Shown piece after piece: positions 39,801-54,800 of a stretch of 63,918 nucleotides of DNA. Origin of the DNA: Catajapyx aquilonaris (Eukaryota); the NCBI GenBank assembly GCA_000934665.2, contig KZ538000.1, positions 62,083 to 126,000 on the forward strand, written 5' to 3'. The translations under genes and the position numbers were made by a program. The first letter of the stretch is position 1. Every line of letters starts with the position of its first letter. The notes beneath the pieces were generated by a model. The model was not told the DNA's origin and searched no databases. It saw only the letters and a program-made list of their open reading frames with translations.

Positions 39801-42800
39801 CACCTGTGGTGGTTTTGATGTAATACTCTAGTCTTTATGGTTCAGAAGAAATTGGCGTTTGTGAAGCTGTATTTATATCAGCCAATATTATATATTAATA
39901 CCATTTTTAATTATTTCAGACCGTGTGCTATGGTAGTTCCAGATTTTGAACTCATATGTGAAATTATGCTAGTGGCTGAAGGATTTCTGGAAGCCAGATT
40001 GCTGGCCAGGAAGTTTATAACTCTCTACACTCTCTGCAAGGAACTTTTGTCCAAGCAAGACCACTATGATTGGGGTTTGCGAGCCATAAAATCCGTTCTG
40101 GTGGTCGCGGGATCATTGAAGGTTAGCTATAATGAATGACTGGCATGCCCATGACACATGTCAGCATGAAAATACCCACAGGTATCCATGTCGAGTATTC
40201 CGACAGTTGCATTCAAACATTTCTGTCAGTGTGCCCTCATTTCATCTATACGATATAGAGTTCATAATTTGTTGCATTTCATAAAATATAAAGCAAAACA
40301 AAAACAATACTTCACTACGATAGTAACTGCACTACCTTGTCACCCCATGCACGTTTTAAAATGTTCCCCAGCGTATAATATGAAGCACTCTTTCCGCCTA
40401 ATTTTTCCCATCCAGTGATGCACTTCACACACGCCAAAAAATCCAATATTTTGAAAGTCCTATGGGCTATCAGCGCAAAGGGAGCGGTAATGCTCCCCAC
40501 TCCGCAAAAGCAGCGAATAGCCCAAAATGAGGATTTAATAACCCTTACGCTATATCCATCATCCCGATAGCGTGGTGACCCCGGACGTCCAGAAGACCAG
40601 GTCCTAATGAGAGCACTCCGTGACTTCAACATCCCGAAAATAGTGACCGACGACGTGCCAGTGTTCATGGGACTAATAGTTGACCTCTTCCCTGCCCTCG
40701 ACGTGCCTCGAAAGAGAGACCAGAGTTTCGAGGATGAGGTCAAAAAGGCAACAACCGACCTCGGCTTACAACCAGAAGACAACTTTGTTCTCAAAGTACG
40801 AGCTCTAGATATTGGGTTTAGGAAAGGGGGGTTACACCGCGGTATTGCAAGCGGTGAAGCGAAACATGGCAACGGTCTACGTCCTTTGGCATGTCAGACA
40901 TCTCCAATACTGAGACGTCATTTTTCAGACGGTTCTTTTTTTGCAGGTGGTGCAACTGCAGGAATTGTTAGAAGTTCGGCATTCGGTTTTTATTGTTGGA
41001 AATGCAGGGATGGGCAAGACACAAGTGTGGAAGACTCTCTTTAAGACGTATCAAAATCAGAAGTTGAAGCCGATTTACAACGACCTGAATCCCAAGGCGG
41101 TGACTAACGACGAGCTTTTTGGAATTATTAATCCGGCCACCAGGGAATGGAAAGATGGTAAATATAGCTGGTCATATTTGTCAGCATGTACTACTGCGGT
41201 AGTTAATGGGTAGATAATCATAATCTCAGGTGCCCCTATAGGATACATTATCAAAGACCCACTCCGGAGTTGGGGTCATAATAAAGGCATGTTTTCCCTA
41301 CCTGCTGTATAGATATAACTTACAGTAATCCATGTGTTTTCTCGCCAAAATATTACTGTGCACTCTCTTGATATTTACGTCCTTGTGGATACAGGTTCTG
41401 TATACCTAGAACAGCAGGTGAACAAGGGGAGGCGTACTTACGAAGGGAACATACTTACGGAAAAAAAATCCGACATGAGCAAACTATCTGTGGAACAATC
41501 TGGCAAAGTAAAACGCAGTCAATTGAGAGAAAACGTGTTAAATTTCGGCTCGTGGTAACTCGACCCTACCTGCCAAGACTCATTCTTCACTCAGTTTACA
41601 CTGACTGACATTTGCGACCCTCTTCTGCACCTCGCGGTAAATCCATTCCCGCTTGCAACTGCCTCCACTGAATGCGAGAGTGACTCCAGTATCGACGTAT
41701 AAGGTAGCCTACACTATACAGTATACTGTAAGTTATAATAAAACAAGATTGGCAAATCACGTGAGCGTGATTAACTTATTATAGTAGACTTTGCCTCATG
41801 GCGACCGAGGACGCGCATCGCAAACATGTCCAATGTCAGGAATTAATTGCACAGACTCTGTGCAGAGGGCAAGGTAAAACCATGGCTAATTCAGATACAC
41901 ACATGGTCAGGAATCCAGGGAAACTAATTTCGAAATCCAACGATAACCCGCCCGTAAGTAGACTTGTGCGAATTGATCGAACCCGAAAAACCGGAAGTGG
42001 CTGGTCACCGGAAGTTGACCATGACACCTATTTAGGTCACGCTTAATCCGAATTTGAAAAGCGTTTGCCGCTAGCTTTTGCGATTCAGGCCCTGATACCT
42101 GTGCACAGACAGACGGACAGACAGAGCCGTTCTGTAAGGCTTTTTTTCAATGATGAGAAAAAGTCTTAAAGCATGTTCCGAGTTACGTAAAATTCTACTT
42201 ACGTATACCGGCAATGTTTGCGGAACGATCAACTCATGCTGCGCTGGGACGCGGACGGCGCGCGCGCGTGTGGGGGGGGGGGGGGGNAGCGGGAGCGCCC
42301 GCCGGTTTGTGACAGCTACACCTTTTTAATTTTCTGTCTCTCCTGACCCAACCCCGCCCCGCCGCGCCGCTTGCAAGGGCCCCGCGCCTGACTTTCGCTC
42401 CGGGCCCCGCGACCCCTACGCGCCGTCCCTGCAGTCACGTATGTCGGGGACTAGCCGGGTGTTACATTCTACATGCAATTTCCAAGATAAAGTTAGGATA
42501 CCTTAATGCATAATTATGTGCCGTACTTGACATGCATGTGTCAAGAGGACCATGGATGTGGCTGAGGCTAAGGTTGTTTGTTTAGATAGATGTAAATGGC
42601 GTAGGTTAATTAATGGGGGTGAGTAATGGAGGAGGAGGGAGGTACACATGAGATGACAGGAGCATTCACGCAGACAATTATTACACGTACACCAGGCGGC
42701 CTCGGGGTTGAGCGGGCGGGAAGAGCTCCGAGGCGAAGCTCGGTACGCGGCGGAGTAGGGCCTGAATGCCTTATCATTCTTAGGGCGGTTATCACTAAAT

Positions 42801-45744
42801 GTAAAAAAAAACATAAAACATTTGCAATAAAAATGTAAACATATTCCCAGTCCAGGTTCAACAGTCAGTAGCAGAATAGTGTGTTTGAAAGGCCAAAGTC
42901 AACAACCAGATCCTGACCAGATCACCAGGGGTACGCCGCGCTGTGTCACCCAGGCGTGCTTGTTGACAGTCATCCCTCCGGACACGGTGTTTACGCTAGG
43001 ATATATTATTTATGCTGGGGTTTGTTATACGTCTCAAATAGCCTCCACATCTCAAGTCTTGGGTGTCAGTTTCATATTTTCGGAAAGCCTCAATCGCTAC
43101 AAGGACAAACTCCATGAAGGATGCCTACGATAAGCATACTTCAGTATCATTGGAAATATACGTACGTGGCTGTTTTGTACAAAAATGCGCCTTATTTCAC
43201 GCGGTTGGCAAAGAAAAACATCACCACCTTTGACTTAAAATACTAGGCTACTATCATAGATGATATAGATTTTGAAATGAATGCGTACGATTTCTTATAT
43301 CTTCAGGAATATATAATGCCATTACGGTAGCCTTAACATGAATATGAACTTTTTGCGAATTCATGTTTCATGCCATCTGCATATTCGACCTCCTTGCATT
43401 TGACATGCTGAATGCGATAAAACTACAAGATGTCGTTTTGAACTTCGCATCTCAACTCAAGGTTGACAATTTGAAATTATTGTAAAAATAAAAAATGCCG
43501 GGTTACTTTGTAACCATATTTTGGTTAATCTCTCCTGGAATTACCCGATTTCATAAGCTTGAGCCAAAAATTTCTACATTTACCTAGTTACACACAAATA
43601 AAAGATTTCTCTAAAATTTCCCAATTTCCCCCTTCCCACCGAAGCTTCTAACAGTAAGCCTGCGTGGTCAGGCTTAGGTTATACCAGCCCCCCGCAACTC
43701 CCTCACTTTTCGCGTGCTGTTAGCAAGTCCTCTATCCCCGGATGTGGAGTCCCGCATACTCGGATGTGGAGTCCTGTACCAAATCGCATTCGGGCGGACG
43801 ACTTCTGAACCGTACTGATCCTACCTAATTGTGAATTCCCATTCAATTCCAGTTTGCAGATCCACAGTACGAGCCACCCGAATTCTATTTGGTACAGGGC
43901 TCCACATCCGGGGATAGGGACTTGCTAAACGCACGGTCTTCCCCATATGGCTAGATAGGGAGTTGCGGGGGGCTGGGTTCGACATATAGTATTATGTAAA
44001 CCAACGTAAACCCTTCTATAATTACTATGATCTGGTACCTTGACCACCAACAGTTAACCGTTCTGAGCAACACATTTCTACGCGAAAGTGCTACTAATGA
44101 CATATTTATAATAGTTTCAATTTTGTGCATTAACTTTATTTAAGAACAATGGTATCAGCTTTAATCAAAGGTGTTGTTTGAACAGGCAGAGTCAATTCTC
44201 GTCCAAAAATTCGTACCTAAACTGTTTACCTCATGTTCCAGGGCTGTTCTCAGTGCTTATGAGAGAGCAGGCGAATCTGAGCGGAGACGGCCCCAGATGG
44301 ATCCTTCTGGACGGAGACATTGACCCCATGTGGATCGAGTCCCTAAACACTGTCATGGACGACAACAAGGTCTCAACCTTCACATGAAAATCCACAACTG
44401 CTACTCAGCTTCCACGCTGCAACTAATAGCCCTCTAGGGTGCCATGCTGAAAATCCTGGTCGTAGTGAGCAACGAGACCCCAGAGGATTCTATCCATTTA
44501 TTCTAACGGACCGTTGCCAAAGGACACCTTTCACTTGACTATCTTATCTGTCTTGCAATCTGGCGCCTAGAAATCCTAGTTTCCTCCACTGCACCTGAAG
44601 CTTGCAGATATGCGAATATGCTGAAAACTTTTGGGTTGAAAAGCTATTGATGCAACTTGCCGATATTCCACATCTTCATCTGATAAACATTGCATTAAGC
44701 GCATGTTCGTAATGTTTTTCAATGCCATATCTGACTGCAACAGTGAGGTCAGAGGTGATCCATGTTTTTTTTTTGTATCCGGGTCACTGTGGTTGGCACC
44801 CACCAATCATGGCGAACCGCGCAACAAGAACGGTCGCTGATTGGTGGACTCCAACCACAATCACACACAAAAAAATACAATGATGCTCGTGTGTAGCGAC
44901 GCTTAACAGATGAGAGAACGATAATACTTTTTGTCAAAATAGCAGTTTTTTAAATATGTTCCCTATTTGGCGTAACTCCCACTTGTCTTTCAACAGACAA
45001 TCGCTCTCTTACTTTCAGGTATTAACACTAGCCAGCAACGAACGGATAGCACTCACCCCGCAAATGCGCTTGGTGTTCGAGATATCCAACTTGAGAACCG
45101 CCACACCTGCCACAGTGTCCAGGGCCGGAATACTGTACATTAATCCACAGGACCTGGGTTGGAGTCCGTAAGATCCATTACGCATTTTGGGGCCAGGGAT
45201 TCCGCCGTTTAAAAATTCAACGACTTGAATTAAAACCGTTAGAGCCATGACTGGATAAACCATACCGGGCAGATTGAGTGAGTTAGTAAAGCACAAAGGA
45301 GAAGAGAGGGTGGGGAGAGGGGAGAGGGAGACCATCCCTTGCTAGCCAACTTCAAAAGCATTGTGGGGGGGCTGTGTCCAAGTTAATAACTGCATGTGTA
45401 GAGGGTGTACCTTGCTAAAGTATGGGAAGGCTCCAAGGTTCGGAGTTCGCTTCATCCCACAAAAGCCTCTACTTTTTTTTTGTGCGGAGGTACATGTACA
45501 AATTAACTTTATTTGGCGTACAATTGCTTTGGCCTGAAGGAGGCCTGAATTAACTATTAAGGTCGGCTTTAGTGTAGGGGGATATACAGGAAGAGACACA
45601 AGTTCGTGGTAATGAAAGCTATTGTTTGTCGCTTGAATCAAGTACCTGGTACCATTCTGTGGAGCAAAGTTGGTGTTTACATAATATGAATATTTTATAG
45701 CGGTGTTAAAAACTCCGTTTTGTAATTGCCATTGCGTTGAATAG

Positions 45745-45824
<80 letters not shown>

Positions 45825-48800
45825 TTGTGGGTAATGCTTTCACCCCTTCCGGGGTATATATAGCATGGACCTTTATTGTATATTTTAAGATAAGATGTTA
45901 AGTACATGGTGCCTATTTAATGAAAGCCCGGGCCCACGGGCAGGGTGACAGGAGGGGATGTGCAAGGTGCAGTGCAATGTCGTAGCTGTGGTCATTTTGT
46001 GAACTCCCCGGGTGGTTGAGTCTATTGGAAATACCACCCGAGACGAAGCCAGAGATGACCCCGAACTCTGTACGAGATGAAGGGGGTGTCCCAGGGCTGG
46101 GATCGAACCCGGGACATTAGCATCCGTGGGCGCATACGTTACCGCAGCGCCACTCCGTCTCCCCCGTTGAATAGATAGGCTAACTATTGTGAAAGGCCTG
46201 CGAAATGTGCTTTCAAGCCCCATTCAAACCTCCTCTACCTCAAGCCCAAAACCACATCAACTATGAAAATATCAAGATGTCGTTTGAGAGCGGTTTTATC
46301 ATTTTCCATTAAACGTATCAATCCAAGAAGAAATTTCAAGTAAACTTATTTAAAAGGCATTTATTCATTAACGGAGACTGAACCACAGATATAAACCACA
46401 GGAAAACCAATAATAGGATACTAATGTACCAAAAAACGCCCATAGTCAGCTCTGAAATGAGAAAAGATGAAATCCGTCAAATTCCGAATTTCTTCACTTG
46501 GTTCTGTTCCAAAACCAACATTTGCATTGGGCTTTACAGTACTCGCGACAAGAAAGGATAAGTCTCGGGTTGGACTAAGATTTTAATGATATTATCCTTA
46601 TAGTTAGATGGCACATTGCTGTAAGTTAAGTTTAGTCAAATTAAAAGAAATCTTTGTAGCTTTGCAGTTGTGCTTCACATCCCACTGTCATCACTTGTTA
46701 GAGGATAAAAGGCCACAAAAAGTCTCTTATCCTCCCTGAATAAAATACGCCAGAGGGAAGGCTGAGTGATAGTATCGCTACTTTTTTCAGTAGCTAATTA
46801 AGAGTGAAAAGATGCAGCTTGGTGCATGCTTTGAAAAGTTTTGGGAGAAACTCCTAACCCTTTTTGTTCCACCACCACTGAAGCCGCTAAACTCTTGAAG
46901 AATACTGTATAAGCTATTTCTCAGGAACAGAGCAGGCACATTGCAGTGGAGGAGGGTACTGACCTGCTCTCGGGGCCTAACAATATGATAACATAACACC
47001 TAATGAAAGGAAGTTGTGTCTATTATTTTGGCGCATTTGTCGCAAACGTTAGATGTAGCCGGGCACCCTACATTTGCAATATGGGTGATGGGGATTCGGT
47101 CTTACCGGTCTTACGGTGGGGTGTCCGGAATGGGTTGAATTCAGATAAGGCGGTGGGTGGAATTTGCCTTTTGCCAGAAGACGAAGAATACTGCATGATT
47201 ACATTTTAACACTTCTGACATGACTAATGTCTTATAATGGCAATTGATATCAACAGGTTTGTGAATAGCTGGGTCGAAAAACGGAAGGAGTGCTCTGAAA
47301 AGGCAAATCTGCTGGTGCTCTTCGACAAGTACGTGCCTGCCTGCCTAGATGTATTACGCACCCGATATAAAAAGATTACTCCAATTGCCGAGATATCCCA
47401 CGTGCAAATGCTGTGCTACTTACTAGATTGCCTTATAATCCCTGAAAACGTGCCTTCTGATTCGCCAAAGGACACATACGAGTTGTACTTTGTGTTTGCA
47501 TTTGTGTGGGCATTTGGTGCTGCATTGTTTCAGGATCACGTAAGTGCTGATTTGATAATACTTACACATTAGCTGGTGACCTACCTTATTTCTCAGCTAA
47601 CGGACTATCGAGTGGAATTCAACAAGTGGTTCCAGAACGAGTTCAAGACAATCAAATTTCCAAATCAAGGGACAGTATTCGACTACGTAATAGACCCAAC
47701 GACTCAAAGCTTTATTCACTGGTCCGAGAGAATCCCGAAATTTGAACTGGACCAGGATGTACCTCTTCAGGTAAGGAACTGCTGGCTTTAAAAGATAAGA
47801 GGACTCTCTGAAAGGAAAGGCAGAGAAGCTCATCTAAAAGGGGGTGAAGGAAAATGAGCAAGTTCTGAGAAGACGAACATATACTGAACCGCAATTGGAG
47901 CGAAATGTAATGAACGAATTGCAGTGCGGTGAAGTTCGTTAATGCGAAAGCAGCTGTAACGAGTTAGGGCTCAAATCACTTTCAAATTGTGTGTGGAGCA
48001 CTTGGCAGCTGGAACCAAAGAAAGATACCTCTAAACCGGCGCCGAAATACCACACAATGCAATGGCGAAAAATTAAAGGGTACTGCCTGGTATTTTTAAA
48101 TTTACACATATATTACGCAGCAGTTATCTATAGAAATCTGGACCATTAAATATTTCATTCTTTTCCAAACACAAAAAGTCTGCAAGGGTATTATCACTAT
48201 TAAGTTAATTTATTTATATTCGCATTTTCTATTGTATATGGTCATCTATCTTACACAGTAATGTCGCCTAGGGAAAATAATTATCCCTTGAACATGTCAG
48301 TATTTTTCGAGTTGAAGCTATTCCTAAGTACTGGACAGCAACGCTACAGTGCTATTTATGAACTTCATGCAATAATGGAATGGTTCTAATTGATGTCGCA
48401 TGTCATGCGTGCATAATAATATATTGCAGGCTACATTGGTGCCCACATCTGAAACCACCCGGATACGCTATTTCCTCGATTTGCTGATGGGTAAAAAACA
48501 CCCAGTTATGTTGGTCGGCAATGCTGGTTGCGGAAAAACAGTGCTGGTTGGGGATAAATTCGCCAGTTTAACCGAAGAATACATCATTGCCAACGTGCCG
48601 TTCAACTTCTACACTACTTCCGGTATGCATTTATTATATTACTGCCAGAAAATGATATTTTAACAAATATATCAGTAACATTTGCACTGAATGTTTCATT
48701 TTGGGCACCATTCAGTAAGCGCCTAAGGCCCAACAAAATCCTCTTCAGGTTCACAAAAATCTCCTTATCATTATAGTATTTTTGACTTATATAAAGTGGA

Positions 48801-51800
48801 AACTTACAAGCATAAAATTTGAAACAAATTTTCTTGTCCTTTTTTATACTGTATTTGTGTAATCGACAATTAATAATTTTTCATCAGAATGATAATAGAA
48901 TCAAAACAAGAGCAAAATACAAAATAATGATTGGTTGTTGTTAGTAGCCGCGTCTAATAGATGTTACCAAGAGCAAGTATTGTCGTTTCATTTGAAACTT
49001 TCCTATCATCAGAAGTTTAGAACTAAGACGAAAAGCCAATGACTATAGTCAATCAACCTTTGTTCCTGGGTCCCTGCAGTACTTATACCTTGGAATATAC
49101 ACGCTTTATAGGAGCAGCAGAGACCTATCAGACACTCAGCATTCACAAGCTGCTACACGCTGTCACACACACAGCTTGTGACTGCTCATCATCACGTTAC
49201 GTGATTCTGGACTGAATATCTGGGCCACTCTCGCGTGCTCTTTTTTTCATTGCCTCAAAACCGTCAGCACCTTCTCACGTATGGGTTCATGCCATCAGGC
49301 ACTGAGAGCGGGTATGGCGATCTCATTAGGCAAACTATACATGCGAAACTAATAGGTCTGTCATCTAGGAGGACAATGGGAAGCACTTCATATTATGCTT
49401 AAAAATTAGTTTCAGTCTAACCCTCCTCCCACAACATGCACATGCGCATAGCAATCTCGCATTTGTTGCAAAATCTAGACTTGTCCAAGATAATTACAGG
49501 GTCCTGCATAATGATCACCCGGGCAATTATTAAATCTTTAACAGTCTGACTGCAGCTTATTTTGACGAACCGCAGTAGTTCTGAAATTCCAAAGAGCGAG
49601 GCAGCGACGCAGATGGAAATGAAATTCAGCATGACCAACACCATTACGCCAGATTTATAATAATGGATATTACAGACCCTTTAATTGCTCGAGCATCGTC
49701 ATAGAAAGGCACATAATGATTATATGCCCACCTCTGCAGGCCTTCCAACATTAACTACCGTGCTTCGCTGGACGAATTGTCTTAATCAAAATTCCCTAAC
49801 GGAACCACCAGATGTAAAGTTTATAAAGGCACTAGGTGAGTTCATTTCCCAATCGCTCGTTGCAGAGATGCTGCAGAGGGTGTTGGAAAAGCCGCTGGAG
49901 AAGAAGGCGGGCAGAAATTATGGGCCGCCAGGTAGTAAGAAGCTGGTGTACTTCATTGATGACATGAACATGCCTCGCGTAAGTAATGAGAGCAATATTC
50001 AGCTTGCTGCATGTCGGCACGCTAACACACAACTACGCCAAATTGTAGAACAATGTTGGTTTTTTTGGCTTGCTTTATGATGGTAACAGAGTAGTCCTAT
50101 AGGTATATGGCACGAAGGAAGGAAATTAGGTAGGTAATATATTACTATATTTTGTGGACGTGTTGGAAACAAACAGGATGGATAGTTATTATTAAGGGTG
50201 TTATTTACTGTATATGTGCTATGCTGCTATGGCTGCAGGGTACAGAAGGAGAAAAATAAAATATATATTCCTGAGACAGGTAAGATAAACAAAATGAAGA
50301 TGCAAATAGGCCCCATACATTTCAGTGTATTCCTATAGTTGTGTTACAGACCACTCAAATGTTTTTTCCTAGTCATTTTTATGCGAGTTTGGTAAAGTCA
50401 TCTGGGATTTTATGCAGGATGTTATGAGCCCTAGTGTTGTGCTGCATCACATCGAACCTATTTCCTATCCTGAGACATAATCAGCTTTGACACGGTAACG
50501 ACGCATTTCCAGACATGGATTCCTAGACAAAAAATTATCTTCTCTGACCCCTCTACAAGCTATATACGATTATGCGATAGGAATTCATTAACACACGGTA
50601 TACCCTCACCAAGCCTGCATGGTCTTACATCGGAAATAAACAGGACCAATATGATGAAGACCGACTTTATCAGGATCATAACACTTTAGTGGCTTAGTCA
50701 CAGAATGCGTAGTTATCCTGGAGGCTTCTCACACTTAAAACCATGCACTACTCTTGATTGGGACACTTTCCCAACTTTCCTTTTTCCCGGGTCCATAAAA
50801 TGGCCTAACAATGTTCAGCAATCCTCCAACATGATGCCATTACATGTCAAGGTAATTTCAGCAGTACCTCACGGCTACACCGGTTATCTAAATACTGTGA
50901 CGCTCAGAGCACGTGCTCGAGGGGCTTAAAACCAAAAACAACGCATGGCACTAGCTAACAGTAATACTATTACACGCATTTCGTTTCTCATTGAAGGCAA
51001 CACCAGTGCTACTCTACTTATTCGGAATTGTAAAATGAAAATAAATGAAAGCATAGGATAACTACCACATAATGTAGAGAACTCGTCATGAATGTTGTCA
51101 TATACGACAAAGTGCCCAGTACAGTCAAATTCGCAACTATGTATACAGTAGCCTATATTCCTGTATAGTCAGCTTTAAAGCTTTAATATCCAAGGAAATA
51201 ATTATGCTGTGTGATGACAACATCTCCAGATATATCCCTCTTGATCTGGCATTGTCAGCTGGTCGTCAATAGGTTTATCACAATCAGGAAAAAGGTCATC
51301 ATTTAAACAAGATGCGCAAATCAAGTGAGCGTGATTCGATGATACTTTTTCCCATTCTTTCAAGTATGAGCATCTCAATCGATATATCGATACCGAGATA
51401 TCGTAACCTAGGCAGCGTATCGATTCCAGCATCGGTCTGGGCAATAACATCATGGCGGCCGGCCGCGAGAACTTCAGGAATAAATTCCACAGCCCCTGTG
51501 CAGAGGGCCAGGTAAAACCCGCAGTAAATCCCCGACACACCCGGTCAGGAATCCACGTAAACTAATTTCGACATCCAACGAAAACCGCCCGTAAAGTAGA
51601 CTTGTGCAGATAGAGTTAACCCGGAAAACCGGAAGTTGTCCATGAAACCTCATCAGGTCACGCTTAATTCGAATATGAAACCAGTTTGTCGCTATCCCTT
51701 GCGGTTAGGCCCTGATACCTGTCCACAGACGGACAGACGGACAGACCCGTTCTATAAGACTTTTTTATGAGAAAAAAAATCTAAAAGCACAGTTGAATAC

Positions 51801-54800
51801 AAGTAGCTTACTATAGCCGACAATGCCCGCAGAAAACGTTTGATCATAAGCTTCCCGTAGACGTACAGAAAGGAATATGCACTGGTGCTTCTGAGTCGCA
51901 ACAAATCACCAGCTTTGTCAGTCAGAACCAATTCCTCCTTTTGCAATTCTCGTAATGCTGTTGGTTTGAGTACTGTACAATACCTCCATCCAAAACCATC
52001 CCTACGAAGACGCCGCTAAGTCCCCGAACACAAGAGCTACATTTTCTAGTTCCTCATAGTTACTTAATCCAGGATCTACAAGTCTATGTAAGAGCTAATA
52101 CCACATTATATGCCAGTTGTCCTCCTTGTGGCATCAAAAGTGAAGGTTGCCATCGACCCTATTCGAGAAGAGGAATATTAGTTGCGACGGAGTAGATGAC
52201 TATGCATTTCCCCTGCAGAATAGGATACCAGGCCGCAACTAACGGGATTTATTTCTTTGGAATCCTGCCGAGCGTCAAATCGGTGGTCTTCCCTTTTCCC
52301 GGGGCTATTTTGAATCAAGTTGGCATTAGGTAGCGCGATCTTATTAGGGGGGATCAGACCTGGGACATTTTCAACCTCCTCCTGGATTAATTAGGTGTCC
52401 CATTCACGGACAAATGGTGTACGACCGGATAGATCTCTCCACTTGCATCGATCCTGCATTTTAAAGCTGATAGCTCATGGCATGCGCCTGCCATGTTATG
52501 GAATTTCACTTTTTATAATATGACCTATACACTGGTGTACTATACAGTCGCCAACACAATGAGGATTTCAGACCTGAATCAGGTTTATCCTGAATGGTAG
52601 GCCACAAGAACTTTCTCGACCAAACAGGCTTGGAAATGAAGATAGCTCTCGGAGCCTTCCACCCGCTTCCACCTGTTCCATCACCAACAAGAAATTGTCT
52701 TTATTTCCAAACCTGTTTGGTCTCAGTGAGTACAGTACAGTGTACCCTGATTGTTCTGGCGACTTTACAATATATTATTATTAATTACATCTAACTTTGT
52801 GTGCTCCCCTACTGTAGGTGCAAGTACTGTACACTTAAATATTGAAATATCACCAGCTTTTTCCCTTAATGGGTACTTTATATGCGCAGTTTGACTTATC
52901 ATACTGGCCTTAATTTGTTAGCTGAAGTCAGACGTGGACGTTGCCCAAAAATTGAGCGATGCTGTAAAATTGCATGCGGTTACGGATTGAGAATATCCAT
53001 CCGTCACTTACCCAGATGGCATCGCTGTTGTCAGGGTATATATCCATCATCCTTGTGGCACTCTCCACCATTAGGCACGAAAATAGAAACCTGCCCAGCA
53101 CTCTGAGCATTCCTCACGAGGTGTTTCTCATCCATTCATTCAACAGGCGACGATCCATTAGGAATTGTTATAGGCCTACCGCGCTTCTCATATTTAAGCT
53201 TATGTAGGTATGCCGTAGGTCTCGAGGGTAATCTTACATTCGATTCAGACTGCCTGCTGACAACCCTTGTCGGGTAACAAGGGCGTCAATATTAGCTCCT
53301 ATTCAGATTTCACTTTTTTGTAGTACATGAGTTGCTTCTTTGGCGATATAATAAAATAATAGTCTTTTTTTGTAGTTGGCCTTGTATGTAGATAAGCATA
53401 TTAAGGAACTAGCAAAAATTATATTCAATCCTAATAAAGCTACGTAGGAGTATCGGATTCACATCACCAGCGTTAATAAGATTTCACAATGTAATTAGTG
53501 GTATCGCCTCATATTTGTATCGTCTATAATGTACTTGTATCACATAAACAAGGTAGAGAAACTGTGGGTTTGCTGATCATGTTGACTGACCCAAGTGGTA
53601 TATGATTTCTCTCAGTTGGATCTAAGCGGACGGAAACGGACACGACCAAAATATCTGATGTGGTTTCTTATGATGGGAACGTCTTTTCATGTGCCTCATG
53701 CATTATTCCTGAAGCGTGTGGATAGACGTGCAAAATTTTGCACGGAGTCTGTAACTTTGGCTAGATCAAACATCCGCGGCCCACAGCATATACTGTATGA
53801 TCCTTTCTCTTCGGTATATCGAACGCACCGGAATCTATGTTGTTTGCGTTGCACTCTTTCGCTCATAACTGCTTCAACATGAAAAGCGAGAGAGGCCCAA
53901 AAAACGAAAGAAAGCCTTCACTAATAGAAGGTTTATTGTGATGAAATTTATAATCACGCGTCCTGCAGAGAAAACATTCGGTACGTGACTCTGCAAAATA
54001 TCTTAAAAGCACTTTGAGCTAAGGATTGGTCAGAATATACATTCTTCGAGTGCCCCTTTTTACTGCAAGGAAAGATTTATTTTTACGCTACTGTGAACTC
54101 TCTGGAAAAGTGAGGACTACAGTATATTTATGTGCTGTAAACCACTTATCAAAAGTGCTGCTTACCGGACAGATTCGAAAACTTGTCTATGCTTGTTTCT
54201 ATTCTAAATTACACAGTGTCGGAAATTTCTATTTTCACTTTTGTTTCATGCGTCAGTCTACTCGGAAAAATGTGAACCATAATGATCAAAGGGATTTGAC
54301 TGTGCTTTGCTGCAATTGTTCAAAAGGTAGCCTTACAGTGCCGCTTATACCATTTTTGTTGAATGAGTGTAATTTTTTTGCTTTGTGGAATACACTAGAC
54401 TTAAATCCAGGCATCCAAATATCCCATGAAAGGACTTTGGTCCTGTAGTAGTGTATTAGAAAAAAGGAGAAATATGGTACGCACACTGTGAGGCCAAAAA
54501 TTACAACGAGCAGAGCAAGAAGAAAATTTTTAAGGAAGATAATTTTTATTTTAAAACCGAAACCTGAGCTGGACATAAATAGAGGCAACTGCCAGCGACA
54601 TTTTCCGAAGCGGCAGAAAAAGGAATCTTGCTCGCCTGGCTTGCAGTATGCTTATCTTTGATTCCTTCTTCTGCCGCTTCAGAAAATTTCGCTGGCAGTT
54701 GCCTCGATTTATGTCCAACATTGTACAGCAGAGATGTAGGAACATAATACAGTATTATTGAACAAGGTATGCACACTTTCAGACCTGAGGGGAAAATTCG

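Noticed and set aside
40315..40872. Antisense ORFs over dynein exons (also 34330-34743, 32499-32789, 12387-12749)
   Set aside because: Shadow ORFs of the coding strand with no independent protein features.
45695..45907. Poly-Leu ORF (also poly-IY at 6218-6424 and poly-ER at 24710-25084)
   Set aside because: Translations of microsatellites.
46090..46164. tRNA gene (also 15030-15104 and ~59120-59190)
   Set aside because: A and B boxes are present but no complete cloverleaf; attached to SINE bodies and tails.
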